From contig NC_045713.1 in the NCBI RefSeq assembly GCF_009834535.1, positions 18,662,001-18,726,000 on the forward strand: a DNA stretch of 64,000 nt, read 5' to 3'. The notes under the pieces were generated by a model. That model was not told where the DNA came from, did no database searches, and saw only the letters and a program-made list of their open reading frames with translations. The number at the start of each line of letters is the position of its first letter. Positions within the stretch are counted from its first letter, which is position 1. The DNA is from Camelus ferus. Its lineage: Eukaryota. Made by a program: the position numbers and the translations under genes. Below are positions 23,509 through 34,008 of this stretch, piece after piece.

Positions 23509-24867
23509 ATGGCGGAAGCCGCAGCAACGGGCGCCGGCGGAGAGGCGATGGCGGCAGCTGTGGCGGCGGGGGAAGGCTCCTCGGGCGCGGCGGGTTTGTC
23601 TCTAGGCCGTGGCTTCTCGAGCTACCGGCCCTTCGAGCCCCAGGCGTTGGGCCTAAGCCCTAGCTGGCGGCTGACCGGCTTCTCTGGCATGAAGGGCTGA
23701 GGCTGCAAGGTCCCCCAGGAGACGCTGCTCAAACTCCTGGCGGGACTGACGCGGCCAGACGTGCGGCCCCCGCTGGGCCGGACCCTGGTCGGAGGCCCAG
23801 AAGAGGCGGCCCAGGAAGCCGGCCTGCCGGTTAGGGCGGAACCCAGCCCAGCCCTTCCAACCCTCGGCATTGGGTTGGATTCCTGTGTCATACCCCTGAG
23901 ACACGGGGGCCTCTCCCTGGTGCAGACCACGGACTTCTTTTACCCCTTGGTGGAAGATCCCTACATGATGGGGCGCATAGCTTGTGCCAACGTGCTGAGT
24001 GACCTTTATGCCATGGGCATTACCGAATGTGACAACATGTTGATGCTACTCAGCGTCAGCCAGAGTATGACTGAGGAGGAGCGAGAGAAGATAACACCAC
24101 TCATGATCAAAGGCTTTCGGGACGCTGCAGAGGAAGGAGGGACTGCAGTGACTGGTGGGCAGACGGTAGTAAACCCTTGGATTATCGTCGGTGGAGTTGC
24201 CACTGTGGTATGTCAGCCAAATGAATTCATAATGCCTGACAGTGCCGTTGTTGGGGATGTGCTGGTGTTAACCAAACCCTTAGGAACCCAAGTTGCTGTT
24301 AATGCCCACCAATGGCTGGATAATCCCGAGAGATGGAATAAAATAAAGATGGTGGTCTCCAGAGAAGAGGTAGAGCTGGCCTATCAGGAAGCCATGTTCA
24401 ATATGGCTACCCTCAACAGAACTGCTGCTGGATTAATGCACACGTTTAATGCCCATGCAGCCACCGATATCACAGGCTTTGGCATTCTAGGACACTCTCA
24501 GAACCTTGCAAAACAACAAAGAAATGAGGTGTCCTTTGTCATTCATAATCTGCCAATTATTGCTAAGATGGCTGCCATCAGCAAAGCCAGTGGGCGCTTT
24601 GGGCTCCTTCAAGGAACCTCAGCAGAAACTTCAGGGGGATTACTGATTTGTCTGCCAAGAGAACAAGCAGCTCGCTTTTGTTCTGAAATCAAATCTTCGA
24701 AGTATGGAGAGGGTCACCAAGCATGGATTGTCGGCATTGTGGAAAAGGGGAACCGGACCGCCCGGATCATTGACAAGCCTCGAGTCATTGAGGTCCTACC
24801 TCGTGGGGCCACTGCTACTGCTCTTGTTCCTGAGAATTCCAGTGCCTCCTCTGAGCCTAGCTCATGA
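23509..24867 (+). CDS. SEPHS2: Selenophosphate synthetase 2, 452 aa, selenocysteine at codon 64 (TGA 23698-23700); single coding exon
   Basis: ATG 23509 is in frame with track ORFs 23506-23700 and 23761-24867. Joined, they read [52 protein letters not shown], SelD/SPS family motifs. SECIS downstream. Confidence 0.98.
23709..23747 (+). promoter_or_regulatory. SEPHS2: Sec redefinition element (SRE)-like hairpin just downstream of the UGA
   Basis: GTCCCCCAGGAG (23710-21) pairs with CTCCTGG-C-GGGAC (23734-46): 12 bp, one bulged C, 12-nt loop. Confidence 0.7.
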
Positions 24868-25439
24868 GATGGAATAGCAGAAGTGGTTTGGACCAGACAG
24901 CCTTTGTACACAATCATGGATGATTCTCAAAAGTTGATTTTAGGAAGAAATTTCCAAAGGCTGCCTGCATAGTAGTTCCAGTTGCTCTTTCTAGGTGACT
25001 TGAATTGGCCCATCAAAAGCTGCACATTCCAAGGCCAAAAGTAACATTTATTTTGAACTTCTGAGGGGTAGGTTTGTTAATTTCTTGAGTGGAAGAAGAG
25101 CAGAAAAACCTTTATTTACTCTTTCCAAGAGCAAGATTAGGCTACTCAGGTTTGAGAGATTTCTCTTGGCACAGGGTTGATTGATTTCTGCACAGGGAGT
25201 GAGATTATTAAAATTACATACATAGCAGAAGTAAATTACAAAATGAAAAACATTTAGATCAGAAGCAAATAAGTTTGGACCAATATTGTTGATAAATCTA
25301 AACTGTTAAAAGAGATAGTAAAATGCAATGTCAAATTCTTTATTAGATTTCTCTGAAATACTGGCTCTTTCCTGCTCTGGACAAGAATTGAGCAGCTTGT
25401 CCAATGATTGGGAAAGGAGGACCTCAGCCACCTTACTTG

Positions 25440-25510
25440 GTCTCTGTTAATGATGTCTCTCCCTCTAAACCCCTTTAAGGACCGGGAGAGGCAGAGCAAG
25501 CCCCAGAGCC
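25440..25510 (+). promoter_or_regulatory. SEPHS2: SECIS element, type II
   Basis: ATGA at 25450-53 opposite GA at 25494-95. 9-bp helix GTCTCTCCC (25455-63) with GGGAGAGGC (25484-92), one G-U. AAA at 25467-69. Apical ministem CCTT/AAGG. Confidence 0.93.
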
Positions 25511-25570
25511 TAGGCCTTGGTGGACATTAAGATGTTAAATCTTGTGCTGAAAATTCCTGGTGATTTAATC

Positions 25571-25674
25571 AATAAAGTGATTTCTAGTGAAATAAAGAGA
25601 ATTTTGTTGAAAAATTTTTCTGGCTAATGTTTGGATCCTTGGAATTCTGAATCTTTTTACAGTCATAAAATAAA
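25571..25674 (+). terminator. SEPHS2: SEPHS2 polyadenylation signal cluster
   Basis: AATAAA at 25571-76, 25592-97 and 25669-74, all downstream of the SECIS. Confidence 0.7.
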
Positions 25675-25689
25675 CCAGCTGATTCATTT

Positions 25690-27700
25690 AGAGTTGACAG
25701 CAAAGGACTCAAGACAGGAGTAAACCCCAAGAACTAAAGGGTAGGAGAGGAAATAGAAAAAAAAAAAAAAAAGTCAACTATTCTTGGAAGATGGAAAGTG
25801 GGTGGAAGAGCAGAACAGAGGAGGCCAAAGTATAAATGCCTTCAGAGTCGGGGAATACTAACAGGAAGCAAGGAGATATGCTCCCGGTATACTAAGGAAG
25901 GTGGGGTCAAAAGGTGAGGATAAAAACAGATACTGGTTAAAAGTTTATGCACAGAGTAATTAGATCTTTGAAGTTCTCACACCTCTCCTTCACACAGCCA
26001 GATGACTTCTCACCTTTGTAGGAAAAAGGTGATTTATTTTTTGGAAAATGTGGATTTAAAAAATACTGTCAAGTCAAGGATACCAGGCAGAGAGAGTACT
26101 GGGAGCGTGATCAAAAACCAAAGAGTAAGGACTGAATAATGAGATTGCCCCAGCTCCCTTCCTCAGCTTAACTATTAGAAACATTGCCCAGGAAGCTTAT
26201 ACTGCCCCTGGCTGGTGCAGATAGAAGACTGGAGAATATTCCTCTGGAGAAAATAAACCTGCCCAGGAAAAAGACCTATAAATATAAACATTTAGGGAGC
26301 CTCCCAGTTGAAAAGCTTCACTCAAACACATTCTTTTTAATGCCTCATTTTAAAATATGAGCAGTCAAGGATCACCATTTGAGGCAAGCCTCCAACCTGA
26401 AGTCAAAGCAAACAAAAAACTCAAGAAAGAGATAATATTGGAAGCAGAAGGGAAAAAAGCAGAAATGAAGACAAAGTATCTATAAAAAGATAATAAGAGC
26501 CAAGTACTTAAAATATAAAAATGTAGCTAAAATTTTAAAATTCAGTAGAAGACTTAGAAAGTAAAGTTGAGAAATTTATCAGAAAGGACAACAACAACAA
26601 AAAGATGCACAATAGAAGAAAAACAGGAAAATCAGAGGTGAGTTAGGAGGTTCAACATCTGAGAGGAGTTCCAGAAAGAGGTAATAAAGCAGATGGAAGA
26701 AAGAAAACTAGCAAAGAATAATACAAGAAAGATTTCTAAAATTTTAAAGTTGTGTCTGTCACATGCTTTTTGAATTTCTGCATAGTGAATGGAAAAAGAC
26801 CTACACTCATTGTTAAGTTTTAAAATGCCAGGGACAAAGAGACCCTAATAATAATAACAGCAAACAGTTTAATAGTACATACTCTTTGCCAGGCACTGAC
26901 ATATAAGTGCTTTTATACGTATTGACTCCTTTAAACTTTCAAAACCCCATTTTGCAAACGAGGAAGCTGAGGTGCAGGGAGATTGAGAAATTTGTCCAAG
27001 GTTGCACTGGCAGACTTCCAGACAGTCTGAGTCCAGAGTCCAGAGTCCACGCTTCTGATAGCTATGCTCTCTGAAGTCTTCTGCGGGGAGGGGCAGATCA
27101 CCTACAGAGGTTTGGTGATAAGAATGGTATCAGGTTCTCAACAGTGAGTCTGAAGCTAAAAGACAGGCAATGTTTTCAAAATTCTGAGGGTAAATGATTT
27201 TCTATGTGTAATTCTATATCTGGCCACATTTTCCAAACAAGTAGGATAAGGATATTTTTAGACATGCAAGGTAGCGAAGTGGTTTCATCCCATTCACTCT
27301 TTCTCAGGAAACTACTGGGAGATGTGCTCCATCAAAACAAGGGAACAAATTGAGAAAGAGAAAAACAGGAGGTCCAGGAAACCCAACCCAGCACAGGGGA
27401 GAGGTGAAGGGAGGTCTCAAGGCAATATCTGTCCAGCAGGCATAGAGAACAACCAGCCCATGCCGGAACAGGAGCCTGGAAGTCTTCCAGGAAGAGAACA
27501 AATGAAACTGATAAGAGTATTGATATATTTAATTGTGTGAAAATTGTATTTGAAGATTCATGGAAGATGTAAAAAGGATTAGTGATAGTTACATAGAAAG
27601 TTAGCAAATAAAAAAAAAAAGAAGTAGTCGTAAGCTCCAGCCAAAAATAAAACCTTGAAAAATAAAATTTCATCTAACAACAACAAATAATAATAAATAA
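25690..27700 (+). mobile_element. Highly decayed ancient L1 (5'/ORF1-type) remnants with an inserted MIR
   Basis: A-rich purine-skewed text (GAGGAGTTCCAGAAAGAG, GAAATAATACAAGAAA, ATTCTGAGGGTAAATGATTTTC) typical of old L1 ORF1. Boundaries very approximate. Confidence 0.5.
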
Positions 27701-29090
27701 ATTCAGTCGGCTTTTTCCCTGCTCAGAGCTCAAAGCTCTCATAAAACTTTGCATAAAACCCCTGCTCCATCTCATGATACTCAATTCCTCTCTCAATAAA
27801 CTGTAGCCCATTTGCCTTCCCACAGGCCTTCAAACACATCCAGATCCTTTGTACTCTGTCTGGAACCTTCTGCCTAGCTCGCTCACTCCCAGTCCAAGCG
27901 CAGCTTAAATAAAACCGCTCCATAAAAGCCCTCTCTGACCTCAGTCAACACCTGACTACTCTCCAACTCATCGTAGTACTTACTGGCTTCATAGCTTTTA
28001 TCCTGATCTGAAACTGTCTTGAGGATTTATTAGTTCACTGCACAATTGTCCCTTTCTGCTACTATATAAGCTCCAAGATGGCAGAGAATACTCTGTATCC
28101 GAAGCACGTGGAACAGTGTCTGGTTCACAGTCAGTGCTCAGAATATATTGAATCAACGAATCAATGAATGAATGAGTGAGGTACACACTGGGGACCCTAG
28201 CACCCCCTGTTTTCACACTTTCCTTGCTCTTGGTGTCTCCTAGTGGTGGAAGTTGGTACCAACAATCTCTCAGGACAAGGCTTTGGAGAAGAAATCTGGC
28301 CCTTGGTCCTAGTTGTCCACTTACACAGTTCTCTAACTCGTTTATTTTCTAGCTTGGGATGGGCAGTAGGAAAGGGCAGGAAAATGACTGGATGCTTCCC
28401 TGGCCTGGGTCCTCTTAGTTACCCAAGAAAGGATTAGGGGTTGAGAGCAAGGTAGGCATTCAACTATTCCTTGTGGAGGGGCTGGGCAGCAAAATGGAGG
28501 TAGCAGGTAGTGGGGGTGACAGACCCCAGGTGGAAGTCAGAACAGAATCACAGGTCCAAAGAGAGGTAAGAAAGATGATGGAGGAAAAGAAAGAGGAAGA
28601 AAAGGGAAGGGAGCCAAAGGAAAAAGAGAAAAAGAGCAAATTGAAGGTAGAGGAAGAGAAAGGACAGAGGGCAGAAGGAAAGAGAGTGACAAGGTGACCT
28701 CAGCACACATCGAAGCTCATGTAAAGCTGCATCCTCTACTCCCTTGTTGCGGGGGAAGACTCCTTTCACTTGCTGAGGAGCATTGGGGAGTTCTGGTGAG
28801 GTCAGACAAGTCTCCTGACCTCTCTGGGTCTCAGTTTCCTCATCTGTAAAATAGGTACAGCCATGCCCACCTATGGCAGGCAAGTCATGGAGAGAATCCC
28901 ATGAGACGTGCTCCTATAAAGTAGTATTTATTAGATCGACTCAAGTACCAGGCCCTGGGAAAACAAAAGCCTGATGCTGCTTCTAGGGGGAGATCTAGAA
29001 CAGGGACACCAATCACCCCAAAATTAAGGTAAGAACTGGTAAGTACCATGAGCGCTCTAGTGGATGAAGTGCTATATAAAACCAAATTAT

Positions 29091-29145
29091 GGGGGGTGGA
29101 TATAGCTCAGTGGTAGAGCGCATGCTTAGCATGCATGAGGTCCCA
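29091..29145 (+). mobile_element. 3'-truncated tRNA-derived SINE head
   Basis: GGGGGGTGGATATAGCTCAGTGGTAGAGCGCATGCTTAGCATGCATGAGGTCCCA, then unrelated sequence. Confidence 0.82.
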
Positions 29146-30559
29146 GCCATCTGCCCACCTTATGGGCCTCTGCTACTTTGTTCTCCAGCTTCTGCTGCCT
29201 CTTCCACTCCAGGGTTTCCCAAAGAGAAGAGCCTTACTGGAACCAGCTGCACCTGCTTCAGTCTAGTGGGGAAGATGGCCAAACTCTTTTGAGCAGCAGA
29301 AGGGCGTGTGTGCATATTCATGTTTGCCTGTCCCAGCCTATCCATTCTATCATTAAACATTCATTAGCGTGCACTGGATAAACATCTTTGGTTTGAAAAG
29401 AGTACAGTCCAGACTCTGGGGAATAGACCTATTTATAAAGGGCTAACCACAAATGTGGACCAAAAAACAAGACCAAGTATACTGAGGCCCTGACTAAAGC
29501 AGAGAAATCTGGCTGCCAAGATGTATCTGAGGAGAACAAAGGAAACTAACAGGATGTGGGGTGAGGGTTCAGGAAGAGCCTGGGATAAGAAATCCACATG
29601 ATGGGGCCAATCATATGTTCATGTCTGTTCCTTCTCCTTCATGAAGGCCTCCCACGCACCCCTACCACCAACTCCATGCTCTGTGCTGGGCTGGAGCTGG
29701 GTTTGGTTGGTTTTCAGGGCATGACGCTGTGGAGCTAAGAACTTGGATGTTCCTGCAGGATGCTTTGCAAGAGCTTTACAGCTCAGCCAGGGAACCTCCT
29801 AGTTGGGGTGGGCAGGGGCAGTCCGAGAAAGAGTATCTCCTCCTTCCTGTCAGTTTCCAAGGACCATCTGACCTGTGAATTCTACAAGTCCTGGAAACCT
29901 GACTCTTCGAAAATCAGAGATGCAGAGAACTCCTGAGAAGCTGCTCTTCAAGTGGTGTTTTATATTCCAGTGAGAGTTTGTGTTCTTGCCTGAAGAAGCT
30001 TGGCAAACATCAAGGAAGGAGCTAGGGGTGGTACTTGGCTTCTGAAACTTTCAGTACCCAGATCCATAAGGCAGCTCAATGCTGTGAACTTCAGACCTGT
30101 ATGTCCACCTGCCGGCTGGAAATCATCTAGTTGTTCTAGAGCCATCATGGGCTCAATGTGTCCCAAACTGAATTCATTATCTTTCTTCCTACCCCAACTG
30201 CCAGGTCTTTTGTGTCCTCATTTCAGTGAATGGCAAAACTATTCATCCATTTACTCAAGCCAGAAACCGAGGAATTACCCAGGACTCCCTCTTATCTCCC
30301 ATCTCCAACTTCCATGTTGCCTAATCCAGTAGCAAATTCTGCACTTCATTTTACACAGCAGCTCAGCAGCATCAGCAGCACTCATTCTGGACCACTTTCC
30401 TCTCTTAGCCTCCATAACATCACACTCTGCCAATTTTCCTCTTACCTCACCTTTCTCTTCTGCTTAACTGCTAAATGTTGGAGTGCCCCAAATCTTGGTC
30501 TTGTCTACCTAGATTCTTGTATAAGTTATTCTTCTCCAATTCCTTGACATTAAATGCTG

Positions 30560-30654
30560 TTTATTTATTTTATTTTTTAATGGAGGTCCTAGGGATTGAA
30601 CCCAGGACCTCGTGCATGCTAAGCATGCACTCTACCACTGAGCTATACCCACCC
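30560..30654 (-). mobile_element. tRNA-derived SINE with intact A and B boxes
   Basis: Minus strand reads GGGTGGGTATAGCTCAGTGGTAGAGTGCATGCTTAGCATGCACGAGGTCCTGGGTTCAATCCCTAGGACCTCC plus A-rich tail. Confidence 0.9.
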
Positions 30655-31419
30655 TCTAAGTACTGTTTAAATGACTGAGACTACCAAAACTGATTCTCTA
30701 GCCCTTATCTCTTCTCTAAACCTTAGGCTCATAAATCCTTCTGCCAACTTGATATGCACCTTCAACTTCCTCTGTCCTAAAACACAGTTCTAATGCTACA
30801 TGTGTTCAATTTTGCACCTCATCTTCCTCATCCTAGTATGAGTCACCATCCATTCACCAAATTGCTCAACACTGAAAACCTATAAGCCATGCTTGATTCT
30901 ACCCTTTCTCCCATCTCACTCATTAAAAACCAACAAAGCTTATAGGTCTGTCTCCAAAATAGGCATCCACTTCTCTCCATCTTCACCCACCATCAGCCTG
31001 GCCCAAGTCACCAGCATCTCTTTCCTGGACAACAGCCGTAACTCATCTCCCTGCTTCTACTCTTGCCCTCCAACGATTCATTCCTAACACAGCAGCCAGA
31101 GGGCTCAAACATACAAAATACAATCACATGGCTCCCCTGCCTAAAATCCTCCAAAGCGTTTCCATAATACTTAGAATAAAAAAATAAAGTAAAATATAAA
31201 ATAAAATCCATGGTTGATTGATCTGATCTCATCTCTTTTAACTTCTCCAACACCATATCCCACCATTCTCCCCCATCTTCACTATATTCCTGCCACACTG
31301 GAATTATTTTTGTCTTTAGAACATGCCAAGCCTTTCCTGCTTTAAGCATTGGTGTTCTCTCTACCTAGAATTCTGTTCCCCTTGATTTTTGCTTAGCTTA
31401 AATGTCACTTGCTATGAAA

Positions 31420-31810
31420 GTGGAGGATTAGGAGGTACAAACTATCAGGTATAAAATAAGCTACAAGGAGGGTGAGAGTATAGCTCAAGTGGTAGAGTGC
31501 TTGCTTAGCATGCATGAGGTCTTGGGTTCAATCCCCAGTAACTCTTCTAAAAACAAATAAACCTAGTTACCTTCCCCGACCAAAATAAAATAATTAAATA
31601 ATAAATAAAACATAAAGCTAAAAAAAAAAAAAAAGCTACAAGGATGTATTTTACAACATGCAGAATATAGCCAATATTTTATAACTACAAATGGAGTATA
31701 ACCTTTAAAAATTGTGAATTATTTTATTGTATACCTGTAACATATAATATTGTACCTCAAGTATGCGTCACTTTAAAAAATATGATATTATAAAATAAAT
31801 TCAGAAATTA
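31420..31810 (+). mobile_element. L1 3' end carrying a nested tRNA-SINE (31470-31632)
   Basis: AAGCTACAAGGA duplicated at 31458-31469 and 31633-31644 around the SINE. L1 text (GGAGGTACAAACTATCAGGTATAAAATAAGCTACAAGGATGTATT) is continuous when the SINE is removed. Confidence 0.9.
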
Positions 31811-31849
31811 AAAAAAGAAAACAAAAGAAAAAAATGTCACTTGCTCAAA

Positions 31850-32295
31850 GACAAGTAACAAAACTAACTAAAAATCGTATGACCAATAAAGGGATTTATT
31901 ATTTTACATAATCAGAGTCCTAAATCAGGGCACCTCTGGAACTTGTAAAAATAATGGATAGGTCCTTTCTATCTTGCTGTCTACCAGTCTCAGCTTGTGG
32001 GCTAGCTCTCATCACAATCTGATCCTCACATACCAACATCTAAAGGCAGAAACATCCTGTGACTTTTTGAAAAAAAGAACTAAGAAACTTTCCCAGAAGT
32101 CTCCAACAGATTTCTTCTAACTTCTTATTGTCAAGAACTGGGCCACATGTTCACGGATAAAACTGATCAATGGCCAGGATAATGGGGGTCACATGATCAA
32201 TCAAGTAGAGGAAAGTGGACCCTAGAACAGCATCATGGTTCTGCCAAGAATAGAGGAGGGGAAAGGGCAGTTGAGTAGGTAACCAGCAGTGCTTA
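31850..32295 (-). mobile_element. MaLR (MLT1-like) LTR remnant
   Basis: AAAGGGATTTATT..TTTCCCAGAAGTCTCC..CTGGGCCACATG..GGTTCTGCCAAGAA..GTTGAGTAGGTAACCAGCAGTG resembles old MLT1 LTRs. Confidence 0.55.
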
Positions 32296-32414
32296 CTTAC
32301 CCCATCTTCTCTGGATCATGTAGTCTAAAGCTGCCCCCACTTTTCATAGTATTTAAATATTGTAGATTGAAAAATCTTTTTCATAGTACTTTATCACCAT
32401 TTGAGACAACATAG

Positions 32415-32605
32415 GGATTAACACAGACTCTGAAGCCAAACTGCCTGAATTTGAAACCTGGCTACCACTTTACTAGCTATTGAGTTAGATTACTCCATCT
32501 CTCAGTTTCCTTATCTGTAAAGTGAGGATGATGATTACCTCAGAGGGTTGTTGTGAGGACTGAATGAGTTGTGTGAGGATTAAGTATGTAAAGTGCTTGA
32601 AACAG
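32415..32605 (+). mobile_element. MIR SINE remnant
   Basis: CAGACTCTGAAGCCAAACTGCCTG..CTCAGTTTCCTTATCTGTAAAGTG..GGGTTGTTGTGAGG..TATGTAAAGTGCTT. Confidence 0.8.
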
Positions 32606-32689
32606 CTACTTTAGTTCTAGGTCATTCCTAAGGCCCAGCTGTATTCTAGAGACATTCCTCTATCCTCTTAGTAAATTCCCCTTTCTTGT

Positions 32690-33115
32690 TTAAACGCTTC
32701 GTTTCTGGGGTTCTCCACGGGGCTCCCCGCGGGGCTCCCCGCCCAGTCATTTTGCTTTGGCGCCATCTGGCGTCCAAAAGGGAAGTGATGCGCCTGCGCT
32801 CTTTCGCCCACTGCCTGCCCTTTTGTCTCTTCCCCTGCTAGAATCTGGTACATATACCTTTAAGACGCTCGGTCCAGACTCAAGAATTCAGGGGCCAGAG
32901 CCTAGGAACGCAGGCCTGAAGTTCTCTTAGGTTGGTCCAGGCCCGGTAAGGGGCAGGCTGTAGTAAACTCCACGTAAATAATTGGTCTTTCCTTCGGCTC
33001 CGCCCCCATGAAGCAATCGTGAATGCTTGTGATTGGTCAGGGGCTCCGGAGGCGGGGGCTCTGAGCTTGGACCCAGGTTCTCCTAGACAGTCCCGACTGC
33101 TGTGTGGTGGGCAGC
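32690..33115 (+). promoter_or_regulatory. DCTPP1: DCTPP1 CpG promoter
   Basis: GGAAGTG at 32781-87, TGCGCCTGCGC at 32789-99, ATTGG at 32981-85 and near 33031, GC boxes near 33000 and 33050. Confidence 0.75.
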
Positions 33116-33213
33116 ATGTCAGCTTGTGGGGAGAGGCGTGGGGACACGGAGGGAGAGGGTACTGCTTCCGCCGGCCCCTTCAGCTTCAGTTCTGAGCCCA
33201 CGCTGGAGGACAT
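33116..33213 (+). CDS. DCTPP1: DCTPP1 (dCTP pyrophosphatase 1) coding exon 1
   Basis: MSACGERRGDTEGEGTASAGPFSFSSEPTLED, AT|gtaag donor, 98 nt. The three exons total 510 nt (169 aa plus stop). Confidence 0.93.
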
Positions 33214-33897
33214 GTAAGCCGTCCTTGCCCCGTCTGGGCTGGGGAGATCGCCCCCTTTCTCCCTCCTACTGGGGAGGGTCCTTCCACGTGGTCGGGAAGA
33301 AAGCTAGCAGCTGTGCTGGGGTCTCAGCTCTGCTCCCTGACCTCGGGCAAGGCTTCTAACCTCCTCATCTGCAAAATGGGATTAACAGTGCACACCTGAG
33401 GCGGGGGAATACCGGAGTCCAATGCTGCTTCTGCCTTGCCTCTGCCCTCCAGGAACGAGACGAAGGACGGGGGCAAATGTAGTGCTAAGAGGTGGGAGAC
33501 ATTTACTGCTGGAGGAAATCAAGGAGGGCTTCTTAGGGGAAGTGTCTTGGTTCTGCATTCTGTAAAATCAATACGCTTTAGATATGCAGAGATAGGGATA
33601 TTCTAGGTGGAGGAAACTGCAGAAGCCCCAGCAGGAGGTAGAATAACGGAAAAGAAGGTATTGCTAGATTTCGATAGTTTAGGGTCTGTGTAAGGGCGCA
33701 CCCATTTTATAGATAAGGAAACCAAGTCCCCTAAAGACAACTGACTTGCTTAGGCCATCCAAGGAATTAGTTGCAGAATCTTCTCTGCTACCCATGTCCC
33801 CATTACATATCACTGAGGTACCTGCCTGGGTTCTGCATCTTCTGCCCTACCCCCTAACCTTGGGACCTGGACTTCCACCCTTTTCCTCCTCTTCTAG

Positions 33898-34008
33898 CCG
33901 CCGCCTCCATGCTGAGTTTGCTGCTGAACGAGACTGGGACCAGTTCCATCAGCCTCGGAACCTCCTCCTGGCCTTGGTGGGGGAAGTAGGGGAGCTGGCG
34001 GAGCTTTT
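33898..34008 (+). CDS. DCTPP1: DCTPP1 coding exon 2
   Basis: (I)RRLHAEFAAERDWDQFHQPRNLLLALVGEVGELAEL, MazG-type EVGE motif. cttctag acceptor, TT|gtgag donor. Confidence 0.96.

Noticed and set aside
23506-24867. SEPHS2 as a pseudogene or two separate ORFs (64 aa and 368 aa)
   Set aside because: The interrupting TGA is at the catalytic Sec position, the frame is intact on both sides and a SECIS is present
25757-25772. A16 run as the residual poly(A) tail of the SEPHS2 retrocopy
   Set aside because: It is more than 80 nt past the last AATAAA, embedded in old L1-like sequence, and I found no matching TSD upstream of the gene
30560-30654. SINE with perfect A/B boxes and an 11-bp stem as a tRNA gene (also 15471 and 29091)
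   Set aside because: No acceptor-stem pairing or cloverleaf. It has the family-specific 3' extension and an A-rich tail instead of a T-run terminator.
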